The position numbers and the translations under genes were made by a program. From NCBI GenBank assembly GCA_963805855.1, contig CAWDVW010000005.1, forward strand, positions 352,001-416,000: 64,000 bases of DNA, in the 5' to 3' direction. This DNA comes from Candidatus Dadabacteria bacterium (lineage in GTDB: Bacteria > Desulfobacterota_D > UBA1144 > Nemesobacterales > CSP1-2). Below the pieces are notes generated by a model. That model saw nothing but the letters and a program-made list of their open reading frames with translations, had not been told where the DNA came from and ran no database searches. This document shows positions 21,179 to 31,278 of the stretch, in pieces (within the stretch, counting starts at the first letter, position 1; each line of letters begins with the position of its first letter).

Positions 21179-21403
21179 ATGAAAAAATTTTTGATCAGCG
21201 CGATCCTGTTCTTCATGATCATGGCAAGCGCTCTTTATATTATTGCTAAACCGGTGAAATGCTCCGATTGCAATCAGGGAAAGCAGTGTAGTACTTCTTA
21301 CGACTGTGGTGAGATTGGGGTGTGCTATTGCCAGTTCGACTGGCTTGAAGAACAGGAGACAGGCGGTGGAATGCCTGACTACGGTACGTGCTATTTTGAA
21401 TAA
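21179..21403 (+). CDS. Small secreted Cys-rich protein
   Basis: GGAGG RBS, MKKF signal peptide, 7 Cys in about 40 mature residues. Confidence 0.65.
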   Translation: MKKFLISAILFFMIMASALYIIAKPVKCSDCNQGKQCSTSYDCGEIGVCYCQFDWLEEQETGGGMPDYGTCYFE

Positions 21404-21455
21404 TCAATAACCACTTGTGATTTGAATTGTTGCAAGAGTTTCTCTTCAAATTTAT

Positions 21456-21806
21456 TCAACCGCCGTAATAAAACCTTTCATGAACAATCTTGCCATCCTT
21501 CCAGCGCTGAACCGCAACCTGATGATATGTGCGCCTCCCCCAATCCTTGTGCGTGTAGTCAAAAAACCATTCAACCATGGAAACGCCATCGCCAATTGCA
21601 GTTGCCTTTACATCGGCACCCCTAAATTCAACTACCTTTGAGAAAAATTCCTTTTCCCTCTCTCTGTTAGCATCTTTCCCAATGGTAGGCGGAAGCTCAT
21701 TCTCCTGCATCACAACAGCTTCGGCATAATACCTTTCGAATGCCTCCAAAGCATTTCCTTGAAGTATCATTGAATTTAGATCAGCTACCAATTCCTTTAA
21801 TCCCAT
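21456..21806 (-). CDS. SnoaL/NTF2-like protein
   Basis: EAFERYYA..VVMQEN, VAVQRWKDGKIVHERFYY. Confidence 0.85.
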   Translation of the reverse strand: MGLKELVADLNSMILQGNALEAFERYYAEAVVMQENELPPTIGKDANREREKEFFSKVVEFRGADVKATAIGDGVSMVEWFFDYTHKDWGRRTYHQVAVQRWKDGKIVHERFYYGG

Positions 21807-21917
21807 TGTTGTCCCCCTTTTTATATGCGATTTTTGTCAATAAGAAATGTAGCGAAAATCTACACAGGAGAGAGTCGCCTTGGCAAGGGCAACGCGCCTC
21901 TCGTCATCTCTGTAATG

Positions 21918-22190
21918 TCACGAATCTGGATTAACCGGAACCCTGACGCCAAACACAACATAGCTATCCCTGTATTCGGGTTCATTATAAGCACGGAATG
22001 GAGAAGACTTCCCAGTTTCTTTCGGACTTAAGTAGAAACTGATAAAGTCCTTTTCAACCTGTCCGCCCTTTATCTCGTCATTAAACGCCCTTTGCTCAAT
22101 CGGAGTTTTAACTCCGAATATGTAGCCCTGAGCAAAGGATAGAGTTGAGAAACTAGGTATAAGAAGCACTGTTGCTATAAGCTTTTTCAT
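21918..22190 (-). CDS. Small exported hypothetical protein
   Basis: GGAGG RBS, signal peptide ending SFA, internal repeat YIFGVK/YVVFGVR. Confidence 0.7.
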   Translation of the reverse strand: MKKLIATVLLIPSFSTLSFAQGYIFGVKTPIEQRAFNDEIKGGQVEKDFISFYLSPKETGKSSPFRAYNEPEYRDSYVVFGVRVPVNPDS

Positions 22191-22218
22191 TTACTTTACC
22201 TCCTTGTTTCAGAATTCA

Positions 22219-22238
22219 TCTATCTATTGATAGATAGA
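22219..22238. promoter_or_regulatory. Putative TetR operator 1
   Basis: TCTATCTAT-TG-ATAGATAGA palindrome about 30 bp upstream of the 22190 start. Confidence 0.75.
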
Positions 22239-22374
22239 ATTCGAAACTAAAAAAATTTAAGGCATTATGACGCCTATCCCCTGATGTTTCTTACATCTAA
22301 TAACAATTATTTCATCATTAGACATCTTCTCTTGTGTCATAGTCCTTTATGATACTTAGAAAACGTAAATGGAT

Positions 22375-23055
22375 TCATATTTTCTTTATTCGTTCGTAAA
22401 AGTAATCAGATAGGCTATCTCTCAGAAAAAGCCTCGCCCGATGGATTCTGGATTTTACTGCAGAAATACTCAGCCCCAATATATCCCCGACTTCTTCGTT
22501 AGATAAACCTTCTATATCCCTCAAGTGAAACACTATCCTATACTTTTCCGGTAACTCGTCGATAGCCCTTTCTATTAATTCCATGCCCTCCTTCCCGGCA
22601 AATATCTCGTCGGGTGAGTAACTCCAATCCTTGAGTAAAGTTTCCGACAGCATTCCCTTCTCATTATATGGAACATAATCCTCAAGACTCATACTTTTAC
22701 CGTGTTTCTTCTTATTCCTGATCTGTATTAAACTCGCGTTTGTAGCTACTCGATAAAGCCATGTTGAAAACGTCGACTCCTCGCGAAATGAATCCAGTTT
22801 CTCAACCAGGGTTAAAAAAACCTCCTGCAGAACTTCGTCCGCAATATGTGCGCTATGTGTTATTCTGAGCGCAAGTCTAAACACCTTCTCTCCGTAACGA
22901 TTCGCGATCTCGTTAAACGCGCCTTCGTCTCGTTCTTCAACAAACATCCTGACAAGTTCTTCGTCCGGCAAATCGCGGTGTTCGAACAAAGTGCTATCGT
23001 CTTGAAATTGCCTAGCCACATTGTTAGATCTTGATTCCGTTGCGTTTAAATGCAT
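22375..23055 (-). CDS. ECF sigma-70 factor (RpoE/SigW-like)
   Basis: DEVLQEVF, FSTWLYRVATN, EGLSNEEV..ILG.S..AVKSRIHRAR; GGAGG RBS. Confidence 0.92.
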   Translation of the reverse strand: MHLNATESRSNNVARQFQDDSTLFEHRDLPDEELVRMFVEERDEGAFNEIANRYGEKVFRLALRITHSAHIADEVLQEVFLTLVEKLDSFREESTFSTWLYRVATNASLIQIRNKKKHGKSMSLEDYVPYNEKGMLSETLLKDWSYSPDEIFAGKEGMELIERAIDELPEKYRIVFHLRDIEGLSNEEVGDILGLSISAVKSRIHRARLFLRDSLSDYFYERIKKI

Positions 23056-23073
23056 GTTTTTCCCTCCTTAAAA

Positions 23074-23091
23074 CTATCTATTTATAGATAG
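23074..23091. promoter_or_regulatory. Putative TetR operator 2
   Basis: CTATCTAT-TT-ATAGATAG directly upstream of the ECF sigma RBS. Confidence 0.75.
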
Positions 23092-23114
23092 ACCGTGTTG
23101 ATAAAATTTTCATG

Positions 23115-23705
23115 CTAGTTTTTCAGTTGCAACATTCTAATAATCCAATCAGACGTAAAAGATAATCGATGCTCATTTTCAAATATCCGTGCTGAGATTG
23201 TAGAACCCTCAAGCGCAGAAAAAATCATTCTAGCCATTCTCTCAGGGGATCCCTTAAAATCAAAAACACCTGACTCCCGACCCTCTTCTAAGACGTTAGC
23301 TATCCACGCCTCATTATCCGAGAATAGCCCTTTTATCTCTTCCTGAACCCCCTCCGGGAGGTTAACAAAATCAGAGGCAAGCATAGAACAGAGGCAAACC
23401 CTCTTACAGGATCTGAAGCCGTCGATAAAGAGCTGCAAATATAGCTCAAGCTTCTCCTTAGGATCATTCGACCGGGTATCAATCTGGGAAAAGGCAGTCT
23501 TAAAATGTTCCCTATATCTTACTACAAGCGCCTTTGCCAGATCTCCTTTCGTTGGAAAGTAATAGTGAATACTTGATGTTTTGATACCGACTTGTTCCGA
23601 TAGGTCTCGATAGCTAAAGGAGTTGTATCCCCGCTCTTGAAACAGATTCTGCGCAAGATCTAGTATCTCCTGCGCAACTTCATTCGATTTAACCCTCTCT
23701 TCCAT
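23115..23705 (-). CDS. TetR/AcrR-family regulator (NemR-like)
   Basis: GYNSFSYRDL..VGIKTSSIHYYFPTK HTH, CLC motif; ATG at 23705. Confidence 0.92.
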   Translation of the reverse strand: MEERVKSNEVAQEILDLAQNLFQERGYNSFSYRDLSEQVGIKTSSIHYYFPTKGDLAKALVVRYREHFKTAFSQIDTRSNDPKEKLELYLQLFIDGFRSCKRVCLCSMLASDFVNLPEGVQEEIKGLFSDNEAWIANVLEEGRESGVFDFKGSPERMARMIFSALEGSTISARIFENEHRLSFTSDWIIRMLQLKN

Positions 23706-23712
23706 GCCACAT

Positions 23713-23741
23713 AAGTTATCTACTGATAGATAGATTGTCAA
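23713..23741 (-). promoter_or_regulatory. tetR sigma-70 promoter overlapped by operator 3
   Basis: Minus strand TTGACA-17 nt-TAACTT-7 nt-ATG; TTATCTACTGATAGATAG (23716-23733) fills the spacer. Confidence 0.75.
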
Positions 23742-23794
23742 GACATGATCTCTATATTCGAAAAATTTATCTATTCAGAACCCTGTATTGGTAA

Positions 23795-23877
23795 AGCGGG
23801 GTTGGAAAACCCCGCTTATCGTTTTTTGATGAGAAGTTTAAAGATAATCGATAGTCGGGACTTTCCAGTCCCGATTA
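23795..23877. repeat. REP doublet (REPIN-like), copy 2
   Basis: Direct-orientation homologue of 20064-20139. Confidence 0.8.
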
Positions 23878-24256
23878 GTCAACAATTGAGTCACTCATAT
23901 CCGAGCATCATCCTAAGTGTCGGTCACGATTTCCTTGGCAAGGCCTCTTGTGAGCTGTGTCGCACGGCTCGAGATAGGCTTCCTCGTGATATCATCCCCG
24001 AGGATAGTTATCGGGGATCCAGAGGTAAGTAAATGGATTCTCTATCAAGGAATTAGGGAATGACGATAAGGGGACAGCAAAATCGAAGGATTGCTTGAGC
24101 ATCTTTTTAGACATTCGCGACAGGTCGGATCACCTATAGGTCGGAAATCCACCAAACTGAACAAGCTTTGAAAAAAACCTTTTCGAAGACGATGTGATAA
24201 TATATAATGAGGTTTGCCAAGTTACCAACGCAGGTAACCTTAGCTCACGGAGGATT

Positions 24257-25573
24257 ATGAAAAAACTGCTCTTCTTAATTTTAATGTTTAATTCGATGCT
24301 TGTACTTTCCTGTAATGATCATGGAAAAGTCACGAAAAACACACCGAGCATAAGTAAACTTGTGTCTATTGGAGACAGCCTGACCGCAGGAGTCCAATCC
24401 GATGGACTGGTAAGGGATTTCCAGGAGAAAAGCTTTCCCTCTTTAATCGCCCAACAGTTGGGAATCGCCGATTTTGAACAGCCCCTGATCGACAGACCGG
24501 GTATAAGCTCTGATATAACAAAAGCCCCATTAAGATTTGAAGGTGGTGTGATTGTACAGGATGACCTTGATGTTGATATACTTTCCCTTTTCATCAACCT
24601 TGATCTACCTAGACCATATGATAATCTTGGCCTACCCACTGCCGATCTGATGGATGCTATATCTTCGTCCGAGATTTTTTTTCAGTTCATTTTAAGAGCT
24701 ATGGGAACTCAGCTGGAGCAGGCAATTTCTCTAGATCCACAATTGATTACATTCTGGCTCGGAAGCAATGATGTTCTAGGCTCGGCAACTAGGGGTGGCG
24801 ATCTTGAAAGTATAACACCATTGGACGAATTTGAAACGGACTATAGATTATCGCTCACAGAACTCGTAAATGGAACTTCCGCATTCATCGTCACTGCCAA
24901 TATCGCAAACGTTACTGATATTCCATTCGTAAATTTTTTCGATAGCGTTTTTAGGGCGATTCCAGCATTAGGGATTGATGATCCCGTCCCTGTAGTCTTT
25001 GATGAGAACTTTGAACCCATTGAGTTTGATGACGGTTTATTTATTCCTTTGCTGACTGAGGAGGGTGAAGTAGAGCAACTCCTATTACCGGCACTGGATC
25101 TCTACATGGAAGATGGAATAGGGATACCAGACGAAGGAGCCCTCATCGACTTAGGTTTTTCTATGGATGAGGCAGCAGACTTAGTCCTTCAATTAGAACA
25201 AGCGGGTTTAAATCCTTCCGGCATCCCGGTTAGTGCTAACCTTACTCTTACAAAATCTGAACGAAATAGCATCCAAGATGCTGTGGATGATTTCAATTCC
25301 ATAATTTCAGAGGTAGCCTCTGAGTTTGGAATCCCCGTTGTCGATATTAATTCCGCACTTTCCACACTCAATAATGTAGGTATTGACGGTTTTTCAGGAC
25401 GTTTCGTCCTAGTCGACCCGAAAAATACAGGATTCAGCCTCGATGGAATACACCCCAATAACGGAGGGTATTCGATTATCGCAAATCAGTTTATCCAGGT
25501 CATCGACGAGTCCTTTGGATTTAATATACCACCTTTAGACACCGACCAGTTCAGGGGGCAATATGTTAACTAG
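24257..25573 (+). CDS. SGNH/GDSL hydrolase lipoprotein
   Basis: GGAGG RBS, lipobox VLSC, GDSLTAG, GSND, DGIHP. Confidence 0.9.
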   Translation: MKKLLFLILMFNSMLVLSCNDHGKVTKNTPSISKLVSIGDSLTAGVQSDGLVRDFQEKSFPSLIAQQLGIADFEQPLIDRPGISSDITKAPLRFEGGVIVQDDLDVDILSLFINLDLPRPYDNLGLPTADLMDAISSSEIFFQFILRAMGTQLEQAISLDPQLITFWLGSNDVLGSATRGGDLESITPLDEFETDYRLSLTELVNGTSAFIVTANIANVTDIPFVNFFDSVFRAIPALGIDDPVPVVFDENFEPIEFDDGLFIPLLTEEGEVEQLLLPALDLYMEDGIGIPDEGALIDLGFSMDEAADLVLQLEQAGLNPSGIPVSANLTLTKSERNSIQDAVDDFNSIISEVASEFGIPVVDINSALSTLNNVGIDGFSGRFVLVDPKNTGFSLDGIHPNNGGYSIIANQFIQVIDESFGFNIPPLDTDQFRGQYVN

Positions 25574-25613
25574 AAATTATCAGTTTTAAGAAATTAACTC
25601 AGCTAGAGAAAAT

Positions 25614-26748
25614 TCAATCATTTGAAAAATCCATGGGATACAAAAGCTCCGTTTCAGTTATCTGCTCAGGATAGACGGCGTATTTCTCGCCCCCTTGCCA
25701 TTGAATTATGACATTTTGATGCCCTAATTGTTGTCCGGTGAAAGGGTCTATTCTAAATTCTCCATAGAAGGTCTTGAAATTGGCCTTATTTGCCACATCC
25801 CTGAGAACATCATTATCAAGTGTTCCCGCGCGCCCAATACATCTTTGAATGATCAAACCAATGTTAAATCCTTGTGCAGCAACATAGTCGGGTTCCTTTC
25901 CGTATTCATTTTTGAAAATATTAAAAAACAGCTCCGGGGTTGGACCAAAGTCCGGTTTTATACGCATACCACGTTCCCACTGACTCGATGAAAGAAACCC
26001 GTTAACCCTCTCGCCAAGCTCCTCACGAAATAATTTTATACCGGCAACCACAAGCCCAATCGCCTTTGCTTTGATTTTATCTTTCAAGATCTGTTCCGCT
26101 AGGAGTAAGTCATCTTCCATCCGTCCAGCACCCAGAATCAAATCGGGTTCCGTTTCTCTTGCCAATCGAAGAAGGGGCGTGAAATCATCTATACCTGACC
26201 GATATGTATAAGGTACCACCTCAAAGCCCATATCCTCACCATGTACCTTGGCGCCAAGAGCCACGTTGGCCGCGAAACCGCTATCCTTCGCCGCAAATAC
26301 GGCAATCCTTCGTGCAGAGCTATCAATTCTTTGCACCATTTCTATGATTCCCTTAAAGTACTCACCAGCCGGAGTAATCGCACTAACGATGTTTTTGAGG
26401 CCCTGATTCGTTATGTCATCTGACGATCCTCCGTGATTCCAAATCGTCTTTTTCAATTCCCCTGCTATTGGTGCCACAGCCAGAGTGAGCCCGCTGGAAT
26501 AGGGCCCAATCAATAAATCAACCCTGATCATTAAGAATCAGCTTCTCTACATTCTTCTTGCATTTATCCGCAGAACTCTCATCGTCGTAATAGACTAGCC
26601 CTAAAGGTGCTTTTTTATTGTAATCCCCTACGAAAATGCCCCCTGAGCCATTCACATCTTTAATCCACAGGCGCAGCCCCTCAAAGCTCTCCCTACCCTG
26701 AATCGAATATCTACCACTTAAAGAAATGGAAATGCCGATTTTTATCAT
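25614..26748 (-). pseudogene. Branched-chain amino acid ABC-type substrate-binding protein, one frameshift near 26525
   Basis: IKIG..SLSG...DDESS fragment joins VDLLIGPYSS fragment if one base is removed; probably an assembly error. Confidence 0.8.
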
Positions 26749-26842
26749 TTTCGTAAATTAATATAACAACTTTGGGTTGAGAATCTATGGTATTACAATA
26801 AGGTTTGTATACACAAGAAATAATTATGAGGTAACATTCCGG

Positions 26843-28037
26843 CTATCTGAGTTTTGCTAGGGCTTCTTCAATTCTATCAACGCCCTTTACTATCTCTTCC
26901 ATCGAGGTGGCATAAGATATTCTCAGGTGTTTATCCGAGCCGAATTCAATGCCTGGCACCACTGCCACCTTCGCCACATCAAGGAGGTATTCAGAAAAAT
27001 CTACAGAATTCCTTATTCCCTTACCATTGTAGCTCTTGCCATAGAACTTCGAGACATTTGGAAAAACATAGAACGCCCCCTGCGGATTAAAACATGTGAT
27101 ACCTGGAATTTCGTTTAGCCTTTTGGCTATATAGTTCTTTCTTCTCTCAAACTCGCCTTGCCATTTTTGCAACTTCATCCTGGGGGCCTTTAAAAGCCTC
27201 TATCGCTGCCATTTGAGAAATGGAAGTGGGGTTTGACGTAGATTGTCCTTGCAGCTTACTCATGGCGCTCGAGACATCCTTATCGCCCGCCGAATATCCT
27301 ATACGCCATCCCGTCATAGAATATGATTTCGAAACACCATTCACGAGGATAGTAGATTCTTTGACATCCTCATCGATCGTTGCAATCGGCGTGTGAGTCA
27401 AACCATCGTAAACAATCTTGTCGTATATCTCATCTGAAATTATTATCAGGCCAGCGTCCAAAGCAATTCCTGCAAGTTCTCTAAGGTCTTTCTCATTGTA
27501 TGTGGCACCCGTGGGGTTTGATGGATAGTTTAGTATAAATGCCTTGGTTCTGGACGTTATCTTTTTCTTTAGCTCATCAGGATTTATCTTGAAACCATCT
27601 TCCTCACGGGTCTCAATAATCACTGGTGTCCCACCGGCCAATGTTACCTGTTCGGGATAGGATACCCAGTATGGAGAGGCTATTATTACCTCATCTCCCT
27701 CGTCTATCATGACCTGCGTTAAGTTGTAAAGCGTATGCTTGGCACCACAAGAGACCATTATTTGAGACTTATCGTAAGTAAGGCCGTAATCTTCCTTCAA
27801 CCTAAAGATAATTGCGTTCTTCAGATCGTCAGTACCGCCTACGGCAGTATACTTTGTAAATCCATTATTTATTGCCCTTTTTGCCTCATCTTTGATATTT
27901 AGAGGTGTGTCGAAATCAGGTTCACCGGCGCCGAATCCCACAACGTCAATGCCACCTGCTTTGAGCGCCTTCGCTTTTGCGGTTATTAACAGTGTTGCGG
28001 AAGGTTTTAGCCTTTGAGCTCTTGAAGCAAGTTTCAT
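26843..28037 (-). pseudogene. aspC: Aspartate aminotransferase (class I/II PLP), one frameshift near 27158
   Basis: GEPDF, NPTG, SDEIY, SKSYSMTGWRIG, then PQGAFY..RISYA in another frame; removing one A restores KMAGEFERR. Confidence 0.88.
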
Positions 28038-28042
28038 CCGTA

Positions 28043-28537
28043 TTATCGCTCCTGACTTTGTAATAGCTTTTCCCTCATCCTTGATTCAACTAAATTTGGA
28101 ACCATTTCCTTAGCTGAGCCATTTAAGGTAATAATCTCTTTGATTAATGATGAACTGATATGTGAATATGTACTGTCGGTAACCATGAAAACGGTCTCAA
28201 GGTCATTATATAAAGTCTTATTCGCCAGAGCCATCTGTAGCTCTGATTCAAAATCCGAAACCGTCCTCATACCTCTAAGCACAATGTTTGTGCCTAATTT
28301 TTTTGCATAATCGACAAGCAACCCTTCAAAGAAGTCCACCTTTACTTCGGGTCGACTCTTAAATAATTCCTTAAGCATCTCAACCCTTTCTTCCAGCGTA
28401 AAGATCGTCTTCTTGGATACGTTATGAGCAACAGCAACTACTAAATTGCCAAAGATCCTTACTCCACGGTCAATAATATTTAGGTGACCGTATGTAAACG
28501 GGTCGAATGAACCAGGATATATTGCATATTTATTCAT
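28043..28537 (-). CDS. coaD: Phosphopantetheine adenylyltransferase
   Basis: YPGSFDPFTYGH, RGMR..SDFE, ISSS. Confidence 0.96.
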   Translation of the reverse strand: MNKYAIYPGSFDPFTYGHLNIIDRGVRIFGNLVVAVAHNVSKKTIFTLEERVEMLKELFKSRPEVKVDFFEGLLVDYAKKLGTNIVLRGMRTVSDFESELQMALANKTLYNDLETVFMVTDSTYSHISSSLIKEIITLNGSAKEMVPNLVESRMREKLLQSQER

Positions 28538-29085
28538 CAGCTAATCCTTTTAAAGTAACTGACCTTTGTCCCGCCAAATGATCTGGTGAGTCGGGAAAAC
28601 CCTTTGGCCTCGGCAGTCAAATTTCGCTCGTGTTCAATGATAATGATGGATCCGTAATCAACACAATTTGTCACAAGATTGACAAAGTCCAAGACCTCCA
28701 TCTTCTCGTATAAGCGGTAAGGTGGGTCAATAAAAACTATGTCAAATTTACTTCCCTCGTTTCCAAGTCTCTTAGTCGCACGTTCATAATCATCACAGAT
28801 CATATCGGCCTTGTCTAAAAACCCGCATGATGAGACATTATCCCTGAGTAACTTAAAAACGCCAGGGTCTTTTTCTATGAAGGTTACATGTGATGCGCCT
28901 CTGCTCAATGATTCAATTCCAAGGCCTCCGGATCCTGCAAAAATATCAAGCACCCTTAACCCGTGAAGATCGCCAAGCGTGTCAAACATCGATTTCTTGA
29001 TCCGGCTAGTGGTTGGACGAATCGCTCTGCCCTTTGGAACCTTTAATTTCCTGCCTTTTATTGCGCCTGTAAGCACTTGCAACAT
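28537..29085 (-). CDS. rsmD: 16S rRNA m2G966 methyltransferase
   Basis: RPTT, LDIFAGSGGLGIESLSRGA, FIDPPY; conserved rsmD-coaD order. Confidence 0.94.
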   Translation of the reverse strand: MLQVLTGAIKGRKLKVPKGRAIRPTTSRIKKSMFDTLGDLHGLRVLDIFAGSGGLGIESLSRGASHVTFIEKDPGVFKLLRDNVSSCGFLDKADMICDDYERATKRLGNEGSKFDIVFIDPPYRLYEKMEVLDFVNLVTNCVDYGSIIIIEHERNLTAEAKGFSRLTRSFGGTKVSYFKRIS

Positions 29086-29395
29086 AGGCAGTTATACTAC
29101 CATACCAACACTCTTTAGCAAAAATAGCATGATGGAAATCGATCATAAAATCATGGTTAGGTCATACCGAACTTCGTACAGTAGATTTGAAGGTATTCGT
29201 AATGAAGAACTAATTACGAATTCTTGTCAATGGTCATTGCTCTCTAAGCGACAGAGAATTATTACCTAATTAACCACACAATTTAATTATTAAGCTAAGT
29301 CGCAGAGCTCTTCAGTGTCCTTTCTAAATACAATGAGCTTAAAACCCTGCGACTTAACTCTTTTTTAATCCCTGCTTAAGGGCTTATTGTCAGCT

Positions 29396-29731
29396 CTAAA
29401 ACTCTTCGAAGCCACGAGTTGAATAGACGATCTGCTCAACATTCTCCGGAATGCCCAGCACCGTGTATGAAACAATTTTACCGTTTACCGTCTGCAGCTC
29501 TACCGTATAGCCTGTAGTGAGGTTTTCTTCTTGAGAATCAGAGATCTTATAATCAAGTTCGATACCGGTGTTATCGTCCAATATTTTCATCATGTTATCA
29601 CCAACCAAAGTAACTGTCCCGATGATATTATTCGATGGAACTGTCGCACTAACTTTTAGAGCGGTACCGACAAGCAAAATAGCAGAGAGAAAAAACCCGG
29701 CCAGAAAAAACGATAATAACCTTCTCATCAT
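29396..29731 (-). CDS. Exported hypothetical protein (OB-fold-like)
   Basis: GGAGG RBS, signal peptide, beta-rich mature part. Confidence 0.7.
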   Translation of the reverse strand: MMRRLLSFFLAGFFLSAILLVGTALKVSATVPSNNIIGTVTLVGDNMMKILDDNTGIELDYKISDSQEENLTTGYTVELQTVNGKIVSYTVLGIPENVEQIVYSTRGFEEF

Positions 29732-29769
29732 TTTCACCTCCTTATATATAGATTTAATATGCATGAGTT

Positions 29770-29910
29770 TGCAATAGGCATGCCAATATACTCTACAACA
29801 AATAAAAATTAATGTTCAACGAGGGTTATGAAAGTTTTTGATTTTAATAGAAGTTGTAGATTCATTGAAGAGTAAATTATTGAACAATAAAAACTGTTCA
29901 TTTTCTCACA
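29770..29910 (-). promoter_or_regulatory. Sigma-54 promoter with tandem enhancer sites
   Basis: TTGGCATGCCTATTGCA (29786-29770); AGT-N10-ACA 29871-29886 and TGT-N10-ACA 29895-29910. Confidence 0.8.
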
Positions 29911-29992
29911 CTTTAATAGACCAATTACTTGAAGCAAGCGCGACACACGATTCATATCCAGTCAGCAAGTTCATTTTGACTACCATTTATTC

Positions 29993-31166
29993 TTACAAAT
30001 AATGGCTCAGTATCTTTGCGAATTTTGAAACAGATAATTGTTCTAGTGCACTCTCCTCTATTTGTCTTATCCTTTCACGTGTAACTTGAAACTTCTTAGC
30101 TATTTCCTCGAGGGTATAGGCATCCTCTGTAACTAATCCGAACCTCATCTTTATTATTTCCCGCTCTCTCGGAGAGAGTACCGAAAGGGATTCCAATATC
30201 TTTACTCGAAGCTCCGACTTTGTTAATTGACCAGTCCGGTAAGGGAAAAACACTATCCTCAATGAGTTCCACTAATGTATGTCCGCTCTCATCCACAGGC
30301 GAGTCAATACTAAGAGCGAGTTTGTGCGATTCTAAAATCCTCTTAACATTTTGAACCTTATTGCCCGACCTCTCTGCGATCTCCTCTGTCGTGGGCGCTC
30401 TTCTCAACTCCATATCAAGAATTGATCTTGTTCGAAATACCTTATTTGCCTGTTCTAAAAGATAAACAGGTTTTCGGAGTATACTCGTCTGTATCTTGAA
30501 CCCCCCTGGATATTGATTGATGTATCCACCATGTAGCATAAGTGGAAAACTTATAATCAGTTTTATGATCAAATTTTTCTACGGCCTTCATTAATCCTAA
30601 GTTGCCTTCTTGAATTAGATCAGAATATGGCATCCCTCTCCCCGAATATTTTTTTACTATGCTGAGCACCAATCGAGGTTAGCCGTGATAAAGCGACTTC
30701 TCAAAATCTTTGCCAACTCAGCATACGATTTCGATAAATTTTCTAAGCATCTAATGTTATTTAATAAGATTCTTTGTTTTGATACATCGTCTATATCATC
30801 TTTGCGCTTAAATTGATTCTTCTGGTTTAATAGACTTGTAATCATAGTATTTATTTTCGAGATCATCTCATCACACTTTTTCATCATCGCCGATATCTTT
30901 TTTTCTTCTTTTGGCTTTAAGAGAGGCTCTTTTGATAATTCCTTAAAATACCATTTAAGGCTTTCAAGGTTTTCCCGACTAGCAATTCTTCTTCCTTTTT
31001 CTTTTTTCGATTCAGTTAATTCTTCGAATAAAGATTCAGACTTGTTCACTTGATCATAAAAATCGTTAACCTTTTCGTCACGAGAGATAGGCATACTATT
31101 AGAGATAGCTGTTGAGACCGTTTCCTTGTGGTGTTCATCTATTATTCGTAATTTCATCGTTAACAA
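29993..31166 (-). pseudogene. RpoD/RpoS-like sigma-70 factor split by three single-base frameshifts
   Basis: Fragments carry region 1.2 (Y..EL...PLL...EE), 2 ([28 protein letters not shown]), 3 (PTTEEIA) and 4 ([17 protein letters not shown]). Confidence 0.88.
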
Positions 31167-31278
31167 TTCCTTAACTATGAAAACCCTGGAATACCGTATT
31201 TTGTTATAAAAGAATCACGCCAGTTGTGGGTTGCGGGAATAAACAATTCCCGAATTGACGATAAGATATATTTGTAAT

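Noticed and set aside
19885-24160. Integrative element at tRNA-Ala
   Set aside because: No integrase and no duplicated tRNA 3' end found; ggaaatccacca near 24143 is too weak
26843-31166. Programmed ribosomal frameshifting in aspC or the sigma factor
   Set aside because: No consistent slippery heptamer or stimulatory structure; indels occur in unrelated genes and fit sequencing error better
31205-31225. Sixth sigma-54 promoter before the split sigma gene (CTGGCGTGATTCTTTT)
   Set aside because: The -12 GC is missing and no paired enhancer boxes were noted
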